A DNA stretch of 64,000 nucleotides from Atribacterota bacterium (GCA_040767965.1 JAXGNR010000004.1:480001-544000); one strand, 5' to 3'. Shown: positions 1 to 15,760, counted from the stretch's first letter. Made by a program: numbers and translations. The notes: generated by a model not told the origin, from the letters alone.

Positions 1-1
1 T

Positions 2-2467
<2,466 letters not shown>

Positions 2468-2547
2468 TAAATAGAAATAACATTCCTTATGTTTGATAAA
2501 ACAATTTCTTTTGCGCTTAATTTATATATAGTGGGGAGGTAATTTAT

Positions 2548-5500
2548 TTGGAAATCCCAGAAAGAATTAATGCTATTGCTATTGGATTAGCTTCAAATGA
2601 AGAAATAAGAAAATGGTCTTATGGAGAAGTAAAAAAACCAGAAACCATAAACTATAGAACTCTAAAACCTGAAAAGGATGGCTTGTTTTGTGAGCGTATA
2701 TTTGGTCCAGTAAAAGACTGGGAATGCAGTTGCGGAAAATATAAGAGAATTAGATATAAAGGTGTTATTTGTGACCGTTGTGGAGTTGAGGTCACAAAAT
2801 CTATTACCCGAAGAGAAAGAATGGGACATATAGAATTGGCTTGTCCGGTTTCTCATGTTTGGTATTTTAAGGGTATACCAAGCCCGTTAGCTTTGCTGTT
2901 AAACATTTCTCCACGTAATTTAGAAAAAGTTCTCTATTTTGCTCCTGATAGAAGAAGGGAACAGCTTTATGGAGTTAAAAAAAGAGAAGATGGAAACTAT
3001 TTTGTTAGCGATGTTATCTTAGAAACAGAATATAAAATTCATCAAACATATAACAGTGATTTTAATGCTGAACCAATATATAGAGTTAGCCAAACAAAAA
3101 TATTCCCGTACAAAGTAGGAGATACAATAAATGAAGAGAAGCTTACAGAACTACAGGAAAAGTTTGGAAAAATATTTTTTAATGTTGAACATGTATTGCC
3201 TGAAGGGTTTGATAATTTTGAAGATGGTATAAATGACGATTTTCAGATAGATGATGAAAATGATGAGATAGAAAAAAATGAACATGCTGAACACAATGAA
3301 GATATTAGTTTACCGGAAAATGATGAAAATTATAAGTTACCAGAAGAAATAAGCTATAAGATCGTTGAAATCGATGGGTTGATAACTGAAAGCAAGCTTT
3401 CTTTGATATTAGAAACCAATCCTGATCTTTCTAAAAGAACAACTATGGCTAAACAGACCATGGAAGAATCTTGTTATGTAGTAATAACCCCTGGTAAGAC
3501 AAATCTAAAAACTGGTGATATTATTCTGGAAACAGAACAGAGATTATATTCTCACTATGACCCAGAGTTTAAAGCGGGAATCGGCGCAGAAGCAATAAAA
3601 AATCTTTTAAAAGATATTAATCTTGATTCTCTTAATCTGGAAATTAGAGAAGAATTAAAACGTTCTACTGGCCAAAAAGCCAAAAAAATGATTAAAAGAT
3701 TGCAAATAGTAGAAGCCTTCAGGAAGAGCAATTGCAGACCTGAGTGGATGATTATGGACGTTTTACCAGTAATACCACCAGATTTAAGACCAATGGTGCA
3801 ACTTGAAGGAGGTAGATTTGCTACCTCAGATTTAAATGATCTTTACCGTAGGGTTATCAATCGCAATAATCGATTAAAAAGATTACTTGAATTGGGAGCG
3901 CCTGATATTATTATTAAAAATGAAAAAAGAATGCTGCAAGAGGCTGTAGATGCCCTTATTGACAATGGGCGAAGAGGTCATGCAGTTCTGGGAGCAGGAA
4001 ATCGACCTTTAAAATCTTTAAGCGATTTACTGGAAGGGAAAAAAGGCAGATTTAGACAAAATTTACTTGGGAAAAGAGTTGATTATTCAGGTCGTTCAGT
4101 AATTGTTTCTGGACCAAAATTAAAATTACATCAATGTGGTTTACCTAAAAAAATGGCCCTTGAATTATTTAAGCCTTTTGTTATGCATTATTTGGTGAAA
4201 AGAGAATTGGCTCATAATATCAAGACTGCTAAAAAACTTGTTGAACAAGAAGCTCCAGAGGTCTGGAGTATTTTAGAGGAGATTATCGAGGACCATCCTG
4301 TTTTATTAAATAGAGCACCAACCCTTCATAGGCTTGGAATTCAGGCATTCAAGCCTGTTCTTGTAGAGGGGAATGCTATTCAATTACATCCACTGTCCTG
4401 TCCAGCATTTAATGCTGATTTTGATGGTGACCAGATGGCAGTGCATGTACCGCTTTCTACTGAAGCACAAACAGAAGCAGAAACATTAATGCTCTCTGCT
4501 AATAACATACTGTCTCCTGCCAACGGGGCTCCTATCGCATTGCCGGCACAGGACATAGTTTTAGGTTGCTACTATTTGACAATGAAAGAAAAAGGACAAA
4601 AAGGAGAAGGTAAAATATTTTCCAGACCTGAAGAAGCAATTAGGGCGCAAGAAGATGGTTATATTGACTTTCACACCAAAATAAAAGTCCGAGTAAAAGG
4701 GAAACTGGAAGAAACAACGGCTGGAAGAGTAATATTTAATGAAGTACTTCCTGCTGAAATGAATTTTGTTGACTTGACAATTACAAAGAAATCTTTAGCA
4801 AAAATTATATCTTATATTTATAGACATTTTGGCCAGGATATTGCAGTCAAATGTCTTGATGACATTAAAGAACTCGGGTTTCATTTTGCAACTATTTCAG
4901 GCATATCTATAGGGGTCGTTGATCTGGAAATACCTTCTGAAAAGGACAAGATAGTAGAAGAAGCTGAAGAAAAAGTTGCAAAAATAAAAGAACAGTTTAA
5001 TTATGGTTTGATAATGGACGAAGAAAGGGAAGAAAAAATAATTACTGCCTGGACTGATGCAGCCAATAATGTTGTTAGCGCAATATTAGATAATCTTAGT
5101 AATTTTAACCCACTCTTTATGATGGCTGATTCCGGTGCTCGTGGTAGCAGAAGACAGATCGGTCAGTTGGCTGGAATGAGAGGGCTGATGGCAGATCCGT
5201 CAGGTAAAATCATAGAATTCCCAATTAGATCCAACTTCAGAGAAGGACTGTCCTGCCTGGAATATTTTATTTCAACACATGGGGCAAGAAAAGGTCTTGC
5301 CGATACAGCATTAAGAACTTCTAAGTCAGGATATTTAACAAGAAGATTAGTTGATGTTGCTCAGGATGTGATTATAAGAGAAATCGATTGTGGGACTACT
5401 GATGGCATTATAGTAGATGATATTGAAGAAGATGGCAACATTATAGAGAAGTTAGAGGAAAGAATTGTTGGTAGAGTTTCCCAGGAAGATATAGTTAACC

Positions 5501-7659
5501 CAGACAATGGTGAAATTATTGTACAGCGTGGTGATATGATTGATGAAAAAATTGCCAAGAAAGTTAATGATTCAGGAATTAAAAAGGTAAAAATAAGATC
5601 ACCGTTAACTTGCGTTTCCAAACAAGGAATATGCGCAAAATGTTATGGGAAAGATGTTGCTACCGGGAAAATGGTTACTATTGGAGAAGCAGTAGGAACT
5701 ATTGCAGCACAATCCATAGGTGAGCCAGGAACTCAGCTGACGTTAAGAACTTTCCATACTGGAGGAATAAAGATTACCGGTGAAGATATCACTCTTGGTT
5801 TACCAAGAATCGAACAATTGTTTGAAGTAAGAAAACCCAAAAAGCAAGCTGTGATAAGTGAAATAAACGGATTTGTGGAACATTTAAAAAATGATCAGGG
5901 AGATATCAGGAAAGAGGTTTCAATAAAACCAGAATCCGATAATTCTATTACAAAAAATAAGGACAATAAAAAGAAAACTTATAGTATCCCGGACGATTTG
6001 CGTATTATTGTTGAAGAGGGACAAAAAATAAAAGCAGGGCAAAGATTAACCACTGGTTTTGTTGATCCTAATGATATATTAAGAATTCAGGGAATTAAAG
6101 CAGTACAAGAATATTTATTAGAACAGGTTCAAGAAGTATATCGATCCCAGGGTGTTACTATCGATGATAAGCATATTGAGGTTATTGTCAGGCAAATAGC
6201 CAGATTAAACAAAATATATGTTAGGTCATCAAGAGATTCTGATTTATTGTCAGGGGAATTAGTTTATGTCTCTGACTTTGAAAAAGCTAATAAAGTGGTT
6301 GCAAGGGAAAATGATGAAATCCGGAATAAAAACAGGGAGTTACTTTTAAACAAACAATTAATATCAACTCTTGCCAGCAGCAAAGGTGACCCGATAGTAG
6401 AAAAGGGCTCTATTGTTGATGAAAATATTATCAGAAAAATAGAAAATACAGATTGTCAACCTTTCAATATCCTTGAATCAGAAGGAAAAACAAATACAAT
6501 AATTCAAGGAGAAATGAATTTTATTGAAAGAATTAAAAATTACATTTTTATAAAAGCATTGACCTCAAATGGAAGCAAAAGCATTATTGAAGACAATCAA
6601 GGAAATAAAAAGATTGATATAGATGGAATGATTGGCAAACCTATTTCTAAAGAAATGGCAATAGGATTAATAAATATTGGAATTAATAAGCTTCGGATTG
6701 GTAAGTCTGACGAAGTTGAAAAACTAAAAGGAAATATGCTTGCAGAAGATTTGGTAATAAATAAAGAAAAAGACGAAGTAATTATTCCTGCAAATAAAGT
6801 GTTAAATGAAGAGGATGTAAAGAAAATTGTCGAATACCAGTTTGAAAATATAAAAATATGGGACAATATAAAAGAAGTTAACATTAAAGAAAATCTTATC
6901 AGTTTTATAAAAGAAGATGTAATTGGTAAAAATTTGGGAGAAGAGTTAAAAGATCCAGAGTCAGACAATATTATCGCAGATAAGGCTCAACCTCTAAGCA
7001 AAAATATAATAAGAAAAGCTTATTCTGCAGGTATTAGCGATATTCCTTTGGAAGACGGACGCTTTTTTTCTCTAGAAGGTAGAGCATTAGAGCATTTTTA
7101 TCAAAACTTAGTAGGAAAGACTGTTGCTCAGGATATAGCCGATAAAAAAACAAAAGAAATTTTAATTCCTGCAGGAGAAAAAATAACGAAAGAAAATGCC
7201 AATATATTGTTCCTGCAAAATATTGAAACTTTAAAATATCGCAGCGATAGCAGTGTTGAAAAAAATGTATCACTTATTGAAACAATTGGATATTTAAGGA
7301 GAATAAAGCTACCAGCTATTGGCATGCCAATAATTCAAGGAATAACTCAGGCTTCTCTTTCTACAGAAAGTTTCTTGTCTGCAGCATCTTTCCAAAGAAC
7401 AACGCATGTCTTAACAAATGCTTCTATTAAAGGGAAAATTGATCAGCTGTATGGATTAAAAGAAAATGTCATAATCGGTAATATTATCCCATCAGGCACA
7501 GGACTTCCTCATTACCGGGATGTTGAGATTACTTCAAGGTATGAAGAGGAATTGGAAAGAGAAGAACAAAAAAGAATAGAAGAAGAAAAAGAGAAAAATC
7601 ACGAATATAGTGCTATGACACAGAGTAATCCGGAAGAAAATCTTAATATTGAAGAGTAG
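2548..7659 (+). CDS. rpoC: RNA polymerase beta' subunit, 1703 aa with two large insertions
   Basis: TTG start after GGGGAGGT; N-terminal zinc finger, [12 protein letters not shown] catalytic motif, SFLSAASFQ. Confidence 0.99.
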   Translation: MEIPERINAIAIGLASNEEIRKWSYGEVKKPETINYRTLKPEKDGLFCERIFGPVKDWECSCGKYKRIRYKGVICDRCGVEVTKSITRRERMGHIELACPVSHVWYFKGIPSPLALLLNISPRNLEKVLYFAPDRRREQLYGVKKREDGNYFVSDVILETEYKIHQTYNSDFNAEPIYRVSQTKIFPYKVGDTINEEKLTELQEKFGKIFFNVEHVLPEGFDNFEDGINDDFQIDDENDEIEKNEHAEHNEDISLPENDENYKLPEEISYKIVEIDGLITESKLSLILETNPDLSKRTTMAKQTMEESCYVVITPGKTNLKTGDIILETEQRLYSHYDPEFKAGIGAEAIKNLLKDINLDSLNLEIREELKRSTGQKAKKMIKRLQIVEAFRKSNCRPEWMIMDVLPVIPPDLRPMVQLEGGRFATSDLNDLYRRVINRNNRLKRLLELGAPDIIIKNEKRMLQEAVDALIDNGRRGHAVLGAGNRPLKSLSDLLEGKKGRFRQNLLGKRVDYSGRSVIVSGPKLKLHQCGLPKKMALELFKPFVMHYLVKRELAHNIKTAKKLVEQEAPEVWSILEEIIEDHPVLLNRAPTLHRLGIQAFKPVLVEGNAIQLHPLSCPAFNADFDGDQMAVHVPLSTEAQTEAETLMLSANNILSPANGAPIALPAQDIVLGCYYLTMKEKGQKGEGKIFSRPEEAIRAQEDGYIDFHTKIKVRVKGKLEETTAGRVIFNEVLPAEMNFVDLTITKKSLAKIISYIYRHFGQDIAVKCLDDIKELGFHFATISGISIGVVDLEIPSEKDKIVEEAEEKVAKIKEQFNYGLIMDEEREEKIITAWTDAANNVVSAILDNLSNFNPLFMMADSGARGSRRQIGQLAGMRGLMADPSGKIIEFPIRSNFREGLSCLEYFISTHGARKGLADTALRTSKSGYLTRRLVDVAQDVIIREIDCGTTDGIIVDDIEEDGNIIEKLEERIVGRVSQEDIVNPDNGEIIVQRGDMIDEKIAKKVNDSGIKKVKIRSPLTCVSKQGICAKCYGKDVATGKMVTIGEAVGTIAAQSIGEPGTQLTLRTFHTGGIKITGEDITLGLPRIEQLFEVRKPKKQAVISEINGFVEHLKNDQGDIRKEVSIKPESDNSITKNKDNKKKTYSIPDDLRIIVEEGQKIKAGQRLTTGFVDPNDILRIQGIKAVQEYLLEQVQEVYRSQGVTIDDKHIEVIVRQIARLNKIYVRSSRDSDLLSGELVYVSDFEKANKVVARENDEIRNKNRELLLNKQLISTLASSKGDPIVEKGSIVDENIIRKIENTDCQPFNILESEGKTNTIIQGEMNFIERIKNYIFIKALTSNGSKSIIEDNQGNKKIDIDGMIGKPISKEMAIGLINIGINKLRIGKSDEVEKLKGNMLAEDLVINKEKDEVIIPANKVLNEEDVKKIVEYQFENIKIWDNIKEVNIKENLISFIKEDVIGKNLGEELKDPESDNIIADKAQPLSKNIIRKAYSAGISDIPLEDGRFFSLEGRALEHFYQNLVGKTVAQDIADKKTKEILIPAGEKITKENANILFLQNIETLKYRSDSSVEKNVSLIETIGYLRRIKLPAIGMPIIQGITQASLSTESFLSAASFQRTTHVLTNASIKGKIDQLYGLKENVIIGNIIPSGTGLPHYRDVEITSRYEEELEREEQKRIEEEKEKNHEYSAMTQSNPEENLNIEE

Positions 7660-7728
7660 TATCCTGGGTAAGATATAAATTTATAAAATAGAAAAAGAAA
7701 TATACTATGTTTGTCTTTTAATTTTTTA

Positions 7729-7757
7729 TTGACATCACTTATCTATACTGATAAAAT
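7729..7757 (+). promoter_or_regulatory. sigma70/sigmaA promoter of str operon
   Basis: TTGACA-17 bp-TAAAAT with extended -10 TG. Confidence 0.8.
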
Positions 7758-7815
7758 GTTTAAGTATTTTGGGAGACAACATTTTTAAAAAAACAAAAAA
7801 GGTGGTCTTAGTAAA

Positions 7816-8190
7816 ATGCCAACAATTAATCAATTGGTAAGAAAACAAAGAAAAAATGCAACAAAAAAATCTGTTACACCAGCATTAAAAGGTTCACCTC
7901 TAAAGAGAGGTGTTTGTACTCGGGTATGGACAATGACCCCCAAAAAGCCTAATTCTGCTTTACGCAAAGTAGCAAGAGTTAGATTGACAAATAATATGGA
8001 GGTTACTGCTTATATACCTGGAATAGGTCATAACCTGCAAGAACATTCAATTGTTTTACTTAGAGGAGGTAGGGTTAAGGATTTACCTGGTGTTAGATAT
8101 CACATAGTTCGTGGAGTTATGGATACCACTGGTGTTGATGCTAGACAGCAAGGTCGATCTAAATACGGTGCTACCAAACCTAAAAAATAA
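7816..8190 (+). CDS. rpsL: 30S ribosomal protein S12
   Basis: [22 protein letters not shown]. Confidence 0.99.
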   Translation: MPTINQLVRKQRKNATKKSVTPALKGSPLKRGVCTRVWTMTPKKPNSALRKVARVRLTNNMEVTAYIPGIGHNLQEHSIVLLRGGRVKDLPGVRYHIVRGVMDTTGVDARQQGRSKYGATKPKK

Positions 8191-8255
8191 TAAATTTGAA
8201 ATTATAATTATGTGAAATAAGTTATTTATGAAAATATTTTATGAGGTGGATTGGT

Positions 8256-8726
8256 ATGTCTAGAAAAAGAAAAGCAAACAAAAATGAGATAATTGAAGAT
8301 CCTGTTTATAAAGACAAGAGGGTCAGTAAATTTATAAATCAAATAATGCTTGATGGTAAAAAGAGTGTTGCTAGAAGAGTATTTTATGATGCCATGGACA
8401 TAATTAGAGAAAAAACAAAGAAAGATTCTTTAGAAATTTTTAATCAAGCTATGGAAAATGTTATGCCCGTATTAGAAGTTAAATCCAGAAGAGTTGGTGG
8501 AGCAAGTTATCAAGTCCCTGTAGAAGTATCCCCTGAAAGAAGGGTTACTTTGGCGATGAGATGGATTATTTCTTTTAGTAGAAGCAAGACAGGAAGACCT
8601 TTTTCCGAAAGATTAGCAGCAGAATTACTTGATGCTTCACAGAGTACAGGTGTATCAGTTAAGAAAAAAGAAGACACTCATCGAATGGCCGAAGCAAATA
8701 AAGCATTTGCTCATTATAGATGGTGA
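8256..8726 (+). CDS. rpsG: 30S ribosomal protein S7
   Basis: [24 protein letters not shown]; start moved to the ATG after SD GAGGTG. Confidence 0.99.
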   Translation: MSRKRKANKNEIIEDPVYKDKRVSKFINQIMLDGKKSVARRVFYDAMDIIREKTKKDSLEIFNQAMENVMPVLEVKSRRVGGASYQVPVEVSPERRVTLAMRWIISFSRSKTGRPFSERLAAELLDASQSTGVSVKKKEDTHRMAEANKAFAHYRW

Positions 8727-8822
8727 TAAGGAATTGTTTACTATACAGATAATATATAGTAAACATAGTATAAATGTAAAAAATAATAATAATCTTGATT
8801 ATGGAACGGATGATTAAATTTT

Positions 8823-10892
8823 ATGACAAAAAATCTTGACTTGCAAAAAGTTAGAAATATTGGAATTATGGCTCATATTGATGCTGGCAAAACAACTGTT
8901 TCAGAACGTATACTTTTTTATACTGGTAGAGTGCATAGAATGGGGGAAGTACATGAAGGTTCTGCTACCATGGATTGGATGCCCCAAGAGAAAGAAAGAG
9001 GAATCACTATAAGTTCTGCAGTAACAACTTCTGTTTGGAAAGGTTACAGTATCAATATTATTGATACGCCCGGCCATGTAGACTTTACTGTAGAAGTAGA
9101 AAGATCTTTAAGAGTTCTGGATGGAGCAGTAGCGGTATTTTGTGCAGTTGCCGGCGTAGAGCCACAATCTGAAACTGTATGGCATCAAGCCGATAGATAT
9201 CATGTGCCTAGGGTAGTACTTATTAATAAAATGGATCGGGTCGGAGCGGATTTTTATGGTACCGTTAAAAGTATTGATAAAAAATTTCCTGTTGTTCCAC
9301 TTGTAATCCAAATACCCTGGGGCAGTGAGTCCAATTTTAAAGGGATCATTGATATCATAAAAATGGAAGCCTATTCATATATAGAAGATGATTCAGGTAC
9401 TACATATAAAACAGTAAAAATACCTGATGAATATCTGGAAGAAGCTGAAAATGCCAGAAAAAAATTGCTAGAAATGCTTACTGAAGAAGATGAACAATTC
9501 ATGGAGGATTATCTTTACGGTAATGATATTTCTATAGAAAGAATACATGAAATGATTAGAAAAGGGACTGTAAATAATCGTATTGTACCAATACTATGTG
9601 GTTCAGCCTTGAAAAATAAAGGAATACAATTATTATTAGATGCAGTTACCCTGTACTTACCATCACCACTGGAAGTATTGCCCGTAAAAGGTGAAAACCC
9701 GGTTAATGGTGAAGAAATTACCAGAAAAACTGATATAAACGAACCTTTGTCTTCTCTCGTTTTTAAAGTTGCAGCTGATCCTTTTTTTGGAAAATTAAGT
9801 TTTGTAAGAGTATATTCTGGTTCGCTGCAAAATGGTTCATATGTGTTAAATTCAACTCAGAATACTAGAGAAAGAATAAATAGGCTTGTCAAAATACATG
9901 CAGACCATAAAGAGCAAGTGGAAGAAATTACTGCTGGTAACCTTGGTGCAATTATAGGTTTAAAAAAAACAGGAACCGGTGATACTTTATGTGATGATAA
10001 ATATCCAATTGTACTAGAAAAAATGGAATTTCCAGAACCTGTCATATCTATTGCAATTGAGCCAAAAAGCCAAGTTGACAAAGATAAAATGGCCTTGGCT
10101 TTAGATAAATTGGCAGAAGAGGATCCTACCTTCAAGAGAAGTGTTAATAGAGATACTGGTCAAACCATAATATCCGGAATGGGAGAACTGCATTTAGAGA
10201 TAATAGTTGACAGATTATTAAGAGAATTTAAGGTTGAAGGGAATATTGGAGAACCACAAGTTGCCTTTAAAGAGACAATAAGGAAAAACGCAAGAGCACA
10301 AGGTAAATTTGTCAGGCAGAGTGGCGGAAGAGGCCAATATGGGGATGTTGTCATTGAAATAGAACCTTATAATGATGCTCCTTTTGAATTTGTTGATAAA
10401 ACTGTTGGTGGCAGCGTTCCTAAAGAATACATTCCTGCTGTTAAGCAGGGAATTGAAGAGGCAATGCTTTCTGGTATACTAGCCAGCTATCCGGTAACGA
10501 ATATAAGAGTAACTTTAATAGACGGTTCTTTTCATCCGGTAGATTCTTCCGAACTCGCATTTAGGATTGCTGCTTCAAAAGCATTAAAAGAGGCTTTAAA
10601 AGATGCTAGCCCTGTGCTTCTAGAGCCTATTGTTGAAATGGAAATAAGGACACCTGATGAATATTTAGGAGCAATTATAGGAGATCTAAATTCTAGAAGG
10701 GCAAAGGTAGAAGGAATAAAAGACAAGAAAAAAATACAAGGCAAAATAATAGTTGCCAATGTGCCATTACAGGAAGTATTTGGTTATGCAACTGGTCTTA
10801 GATCTATTTCACAAGGACGTGCAAATTATGTTATGCAATTTGCTTATTATGATATTGTTCCGGAAAATATAGCAAAAAATGTTGTTACATAA
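8823..10892 (+). CDS. fusA: Elongation factor G
   Basis: [23 protein letters not shown]; position in str operon. Confidence 0.99.
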   Translation: MTKNLDLQKVRNIGIMAHIDAGKTTVSERILFYTGRVHRMGEVHEGSATMDWMPQEKERGITISSAVTTSVWKGYSINIIDTPGHVDFTVEVERSLRVLDGAVAVFCAVAGVEPQSETVWHQADRYHVPRVVLINKMDRVGADFYGTVKSIDKKFPVVPLVIQIPWGSESNFKGIIDIIKMEAYSYIEDDSGTTYKTVKIPDEYLEEAENARKKLLEMLTEEDEQFMEDYLYGNDISIERIHEMIRKGTVNNRIVPILCGSALKNKGIQLLLDAVTLYLPSPLEVLPVKGENPVNGEEITRKTDINEPLSSLVFKVAADPFFGKLSFVRVYSGSLQNGSYVLNSTQNTRERINRLVKIHADHKEQVEEITAGNLGAIIGLKKTGTGDTLCDDKYPIVLEKMEFPEPVISIAIEPKSQVDKDKMALALDKLAEEDPTFKRSVNRDTGQTIISGMGELHLEIIVDRLLREFKVEGNIGEPQVAFKETIRKNARAQGKFVRQSGGRGQYGDVVIEIEPYNDAPFEFVDKTVGGSVPKEYIPAVKQGIEEAMLSGILASYPVTNIRVTLIDGSFHPVDSSELAFRIAASKALKEALKDASPVLLEPIVEMEIRTPDEYLGAIIGDLNSRRAKVEGIKDKKKIQGKIIVANVPLQEVFGYATGLRSISQGRANYVMQFAYYDIVPENIAKNVVT

Positions 10893-10952
10893 AAATAAAA
10901 TAAATAAAAGTTAAAGAAAATTGATTATTCTTTTTAAGGAGGAAAAAACAAA

Positions 10953-12155
10953 ATGGCTAAAGAAAAGTTTGTTCGTACTAAGCCGCATGTTAATATCGGT
11001 ACTATAGGTCACGTTGACCATGGAAAGACTACCCTGACTGCAGCAATAACTAAATATTTGTCTATCAAGAAATTCGCCAAAGCCACGGCTTTTGATGAAA
11101 TTGACCGTGCACCTGAAGAAAAGGAAAGAGGGATTACCATCTCAGTATTCCATGCGGAGTACGAAACAGAAAAAAGACATTATGCCCATATAGACTGCCC
11201 TGGTCATGCTGACTATGTTAAAAACATGATTACCGGTGCAGCTCAAATGGATGGTGCAATCTTAGTCGTTTCTGCTGCTGATGGTCCTATGCCTCAGACC
11301 AGAGAACATATCCTGTTATCCAGACAGGTTGGTGTACCATACATCGTAGTTTTCTTAAACAAAACCGATATGGTGGATGACCCTGAATTGATTGAATTGG
11401 TAGAAATGGAAGTTCGGGAATTATTAAGTGAATATGAATTCCCAGGTGATGATATTCCGGTAGTAAAAGGTTCAGCCTTAAAGGCCATGGAAGCAGATAC
11501 TGCTAACCCGGATGATCCTGCTTTCAAACCAATGCAGGAATTAATGGATGCGGTAGACAGCTATATCGCCACACCGATGCGTGAGAATGACAAGCCTTTC
11601 CTGATGTCTATCGAAGACGTCTTTAGCATAACCGGAAGAGGAACAGTTGCTACTGGCCGTATTGAGCGCGGTATGATAAAAGTTGGTGACACAGTAGAAA
11701 TAGTAGGTTTAAGTGATAAGCCGAAAAAAACAGTTGCTACTGGTGTGGAAATGTTCCGCAAGCTGCTCGATCAAGCTGAAGCAGGGGATAATGTAGGTAT
11801 TCTCTTGCGTGGTGTAGATAAAAAAGAGATTAAACGCGGACAGGTTCTTGCTGCCCCAGGCAGTATTACTCCTCACACCAAATTCAAAGGCGAATTAGTT
11901 ATCCTTACCAAAGATGAAGGTGGAAGACATACTCCTATCTTTAGCGGTTATCGTCCTCAGTTCTACTTTAGAACCACAGACGTTACAGGTACCGTACATC
12001 TACCTGAAGGAGTAGAGATGGCCATGCCTGGTGATAACTTGACTGTTTCCGGAGAATTAATTACTCCAATCGCTATGGAAAAAGGAGTTCGCTTTGCTAT
12101 CCGGGAAGGTGGCAGAACCATAGCAGCAGGAGTTGTTACCGACATAGTTGAGTAA
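10953..12155 (+). CDS. tuf: Elongation factor Tu
   Basis: [30 protein letters not shown]. Confidence 0.99.
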   Translation: MAKEKFVRTKPHVNIGTIGHVDHGKTTLTAAITKYLSIKKFAKATAFDEIDRAPEEKERGITISVFHAEYETEKRHYAHIDCPGHADYVKNMITGAAQMDGAILVVSAADGPMPQTREHILLSRQVGVPYIVVFLNKTDMVDDPELIELVEMEVRELLSEYEFPGDDIPVVKGSALKAMEADTANPDDPAFKPMQELMDAVDSYIATPMRENDKPFLMSIEDVFSITGRGTVATGRIERGMIKVGDTVEIVGLSDKPKKTVATGVEMFRKLLDQAEAGDNVGILLRGVDKKEIKRGQVLAAPGSITPHTKFKGELVILTKDEGGRHTPIFSGYRPQFYFRTTDVTGTVHLPEGVEMAMPGDNLTVSGELITPIAMEKGVRFAIREGGRTIAAGVVTDIVE

Positions 12156-12200
12156 TAATGGTGATAAACTTTGTAAATCGTGAGGAGGATTGCAACTAAA

Positions 12201-12509
12201 ATGCAAAAAATAAGAATTAGACTAAGAGCTTATGATCATAGAATATTAGATAATTCAGCTTTAAAAATAATTGAAGCTGTAAAAAAGACATCAGGTAAAT
12301 ATTCGGGACCAATTCCATTGCCAACTGAAATAAACAAATATTGTGTTCTAATGTCACCTCATGTTGACAAAAAATCTAGAGAACAATTTGAAATGAGAAC
12401 ACATAAAAGAATGATTGATATTATTGACCCATCTTCAAAATCAGTGGAAGCTTTGATGCATCTAGATTTGCCTTCTGGTGTCGATATTGAGATAAAAACA
12501 TTAGAATAA
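12201..12509 (+). CDS. rpsJ: 30S ribosomal protein S10
   Basis: [30 protein letters not shown]; ATG after GAGGAGG. Confidence 0.98.
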   Translation: MQKIRIRLRAYDHRILDNSALKIIEAVKKTSGKYSGPIPLPTEINKYCVLMSPHVDKKSREQFEMRTHKRMIDIIDPSSKSVEALMHLDLPSGVDIEIKTLE

Positions 12510-12593
12510 TATAATATAAGAGTATAAAAAGTTAATAACGATTATGAATAATAATATTTTATTTTTGAAATATCTGCCTGGAGGTGTGAGATT

Positions 12594-13220
12594 GTGAAAA
12601 CTGGTATTCTAGGAAAAAAAATAGGAATGACCAGCATATTTTTAGAAAATGGTGATTCGGTTGGAGTTACCGTTTTACAAGCTGGTCCGTGTGTGGTAAC
12701 TAATAAAAAAGATAAGGAAAAAGATAGCTACGAAGCATTGCAATTAGGATTTATTGAAAATACTAAAAAGAAAAAAATTAACAAACCGATGCAAGGTTAT
12801 TTTAAAAAACAAAATACTAATGCCTTTAAACATTTAAGAGAATTTAAGTATAATGATTCATCAAAATATGAAATAGGCACTGAAATAAAAGTAGATCTTT
12901 TTAAAGAAGGCGAAAAGGTAAATATAATTGGAATTAGTAAAGGCCGAGGATTTGCAGGATCTGTTAAAAGACATAACTTTAGTGGTGGCCCAAAAACACA
13001 TGGTCAAAAAAACTATCATCGTGCCACTGGTTCTATAGGTGCTACTGATGCAGCGAGAGTATTTAAAGGGAAAAAACTCCCGGGCAGAATGGGCAATGAA
13101 AAAGTAAAAATAAAAAATATTGAAATAATTAAAATTGATTTGGACCAGAATCTGTTGTTGCTAAAAGGCGCTATTCCTGGTTCTAATAATACCCTTGTAG
13201 CTGTTGAAAAAATTTCCTAA
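12594..13220 (+). CDS. rplC: 50S ribosomal protein L3
   Basis: GKKIGMT, SKGRGFAG; GTG start after GGAGGTG. Confidence 0.98.
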   Translation: MKTGILGKKIGMTSIFLENGDSVGVTVLQAGPCVVTNKKDKEKDSYEALQLGFIENTKKKKINKPMQGYFKKQNTNAFKHLREFKYNDSSKYEIGTEIKVDLFKEGEKVNIIGISKGRGFAGSVKRHNFSGGPKTHGQKNYHRATGSIGATDAARVFKGKKLPGRMGNEKVKIKNIEIIKIDLDQNLLLLKGAIPGSNNTLVAVEKIS

Positions 13221-13261
13221 TTAATTTTTGATCTTATCTGCGGAGGAAGGAGAGTGGCGCT

Positions 13262-13888
13262 ATGATAGATATGAAAATACATAGTGTAGAAGGCGAAACA
13301 ATAGGCGAAATAAAGCTAAATGAAGACCTATTTAATGCTAAAATAAATAAACATATTGTACATCAAATTGTAAAACGTTACCTTGCTGATAAAAGAAGAG
13401 GAACTGCCTCTACAAAAGGTAGAAGCGATGTCAGAGGGGGAGGAAAGAAGCCCTGGAAGCAAAAAGGTACAGGAAGGGCAAGAGCAGGAACTATCCGTTC
13501 ACCCTTGTGGGTTGGCGGTGGAATCGTTTTTGGTCCTCAGGTTAGAGATTATGGATTTTCTATACCCAAGAAAATGAAATTGGTTGCTTTAAAATCAGTA
13601 TTATCAGATAAAGTTACGAATGATACTATGATAATCTTAGATAAAATTGAATTGAAGAATGGTAAAACAAAAGAAATTACCGAAATTTTTAACAAGTTCA
13701 ATTTAAACAATGAAAAGATATTGATTGTTATTGAAAAAGAAAATGAACAAATAAAAAGGGCTATCAACAATTTAACTAATGTCATTGCTGTTACCGCAAA
13801 TAAAATCAATACATATGATGTTTTGAATAGCAATAAAGTTCTTGTGACAAAAAATGCATTAGAAGTAATTGAGGAGGTATTTTTATAA
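13262..13888 (+). CDS. rplD: 50S ribosomal protein L4
   Basis: KPWKQKGTGRARAG. Confidence 0.98.
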   Translation: MIDMKIHSVEGETIGEIKLNEDLFNAKINKHIVHQIVKRYLADKRRGTASTKGRSDVRGGGKKPWKQKGTGRARAGTIRSPLWVGGGIVFGPQVRDYGFSIPKKMKLVALKSVLSDKVTNDTMIILDKIELKNGKTKEITEIFNKFNLNNEKILIVIEKENEQIKRAINNLTNVIAVTANKINTYDVLNSNKVLVTKNALEVIEEVFL

Positions 13889-14175
13889 TGTCTACTACAA
13901 AAACCATATTGATTCACCCAATTATTTCAGAAAAAAGTGTATTAAATAAAGAATTAGGTAAATATGTTTTTAAGGTTTCTTGGGATGCGAATAAATCCGA
14001 AATAAAAAAAGCTGTCGAAGATAAATTTAAAGTTAAAGTAGACAAAGTAAATACCGTTAAAGTTCCCGGTAAAAGTAGAAAAATGGGTAAGTATATGGGA
14101 ATGACATCCCACTGGAAAAAAGCAATAGTTACTTTAACTGATGGTCAAAAAATACAAGAATTAGAAAATATTTAA
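13888..14175 (+). CDS. rplW: 50S ribosomal protein L23
   Basis: PIISEKS, WKKAIVTL; operon position. Confidence 0.97.
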   Translation: MSTTKTILIHPIISEKSVLNKELGKYVFKVSWDANKSEIKKAVEDKFKVKVDKVNTVKVPGKSRKMGKYMGMTSHWKKAIVTLTDGQKIQELENI

Positions 14176-14205
14176 AAAGTTTACTAAAGAAAGGTGTAGA
14201 TTAAA

Positions 14206-15039
14206 GTGGCTGATATTAAAAAATATAAACCAACATCATCCGGTAGAAGGTTTATGACTGTATCCACCTTTGATGATATTACCAGTGTTAACCCAGAAAA
14301 GAAATTAACTTCTGGGAAAAGTAAAAAAGCTGGTAGAAATAATTATGGTAGGATTATGGTTCGCAGAAAAGGTGGTGGCGTAAAAAGGAAATTTAGATAT
14401 ATAGATTTCTTAAGGGAAAAAGAAGGAATCCCAGCAAAAGTTGCTAGTATCGAATATGATCCCAATAGATCTGCCAGGATTGCATTACTAAAATATGTTG
14501 ACGGGGAAAAAAGATATATCATATGTCCGGCTAAACTCAATGTAGGCGATACTATCCTTTCCGGAAATAAAGCTGAGGTTGGCCCTGGAAACGCTATGGC
14601 TTTAAAAGATATTCCCCAGGGTACTTTTATTCATAATATAGAATTGAAAAAAGGACAAGGAGCTGCCCTTGCAAGATCGGCAGGAGCATCAGCTCAAATA
14701 TTGGCAAAAGAAGGTAAATACGCACATGTAAAACTACCTTCTGGTGAAGTAAGGCTGATTAGCATGGAATGCTCTGCTACAATTGGACAGGTAGGCAATC
14801 AGAATCATTCCAATATAAATTTAGGTAAAGCCGGAAAAAGCAGATATAAGGGCAGAAGACCAAAAGTAAGAGGTGTTGCCATGAATCCAATTGATCATCC
14901 ATTGGGTGGTGGAGAAGGCAAGTCTTCTGGTGGCAGACATCCTGCTTCTCCAAGCGGGCAACTAGCCAAAGGTTTTAAAACAAGGAAAAAGAAAAAAGAT
15001 TCAGATAAGTTTATTGTAAAGAGAAGGACACAAAAATAG
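14206..15039 (+). CDS. rplB: 50S ribosomal protein L2
   Basis: [25 protein letters not shown]. Confidence 0.99.
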   Translation: MADIKKYKPTSSGRRFMTVSTFDDITSVNPEKKLTSGKSKKAGRNNYGRIMVRRKGGGVKRKFRYIDFLREKEGIPAKVASIEYDPNRSARIALLKYVDGEKRYIICPAKLNVGDTILSGNKAEVGPGNAMALKDIPQGTFIHNIELKKGQGAALARSAGASAQILAKEGKYAHVKLPSGEVRLISMECSATIGQVGNQNHSNINLGKAGKSRYKGRRPKVRGVAMNPIDHPLGGGEGKSSGGRHPASPSGQLAKGFKTRKKKKDSDKFIVKRRTQK

Positions 15040-15057
15040 GGGAGGGTTGATAAATAA

Positions 15058-15342
15058 ATGTCAAGATCCATTAAAAAAGGTCCATATATTGATGAAAAAT
15101 TACTTAAAAAAGTAAGGGAATTGAATAAAAAAAGAAAAAAAGAACCTATTAAAACATGGTCTAGAAATTCAACCATTTTCCCATTAATGGTCGGGCATAC
15201 AATTGCCGTTCATGATGGTAAAAAGCATGTACCAGTTTATATAACTGAAAACATGGTTGGACATAAACTAGGGGAATTTTCACCTACCAGAAGATTTAAA
15301 GGCCATGGTGCTCATACTGAAAGGTCTACAACAATAAAATAG
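15058..15342 (+). CDS. rpsS: 30S ribosomal protein S19
   Basis: [13 protein letters not shown]. Confidence 0.99.
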   Translation: MSRSIKKGPYIDEKLLKKVRELNKKRKKEPIKTWSRNSTIFPLMVGHTIAVHDGKKHVPVYITENMVGHKLGEFSPTRRFKGHGAHTERSTTIK

Positions 15343-15415
15343 TAAAGTTAATTAATAATAATTATAAATTATAATAATTGAGCGAAGTATTGTTTAGCAA
15401 AATAGGAGGAAAATT

Positions 15416-15760
15416 ATGGGTGCAAAATCTGTTGGAAGATTTATTCCAATATCTCCAAGGAAATGTCGCAGAATGATTGATACTATCCAAGGCAAAGATA
15501 CTGGAATGGCTTTATTGCAATTACAGTTTTCACCAACTAGATCAGCCAAAATGATTTATAAAGTTCTTAAATCAGCAATATCAAATGCTGAAAACAATTT
15601 TAATATGAATGTTGATGAACTGTTTGTAAATAAAGCATTTGTAGATGAAGGCCCAACAATAAAAAGGTTTCGGCCAAGAGCAATGGGCAGGGCTGCTCGC
15701 ATAAACAAACGCACAAGCCACATTACAATTGAAGTTGAAGAGAAAGGGGTTGAAAGATAA
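15416..15760 (+). CDS. rplV: 50S ribosomal protein L22
   Basis: RPRAMGRA, KRTSHITI. Confidence 0.98.
   Translation: MGAKSVGRFIPISPRKCRRMIDTIQGKDTGMALLQLQFSPTRSAKMIYKVLKSAISNAENNFNMNVDELFVNKAFVDEGPTIKRFRPRAMGRAARINKRTSHITIEVEEKGVER

Noticed and set aside
2941-7305. rpoC insertions as possible inteins
   Set aside because: No Cys/Ser N-terminal block, no His-Asn C-terminal splice junction and no LAGLIDADG motif visible
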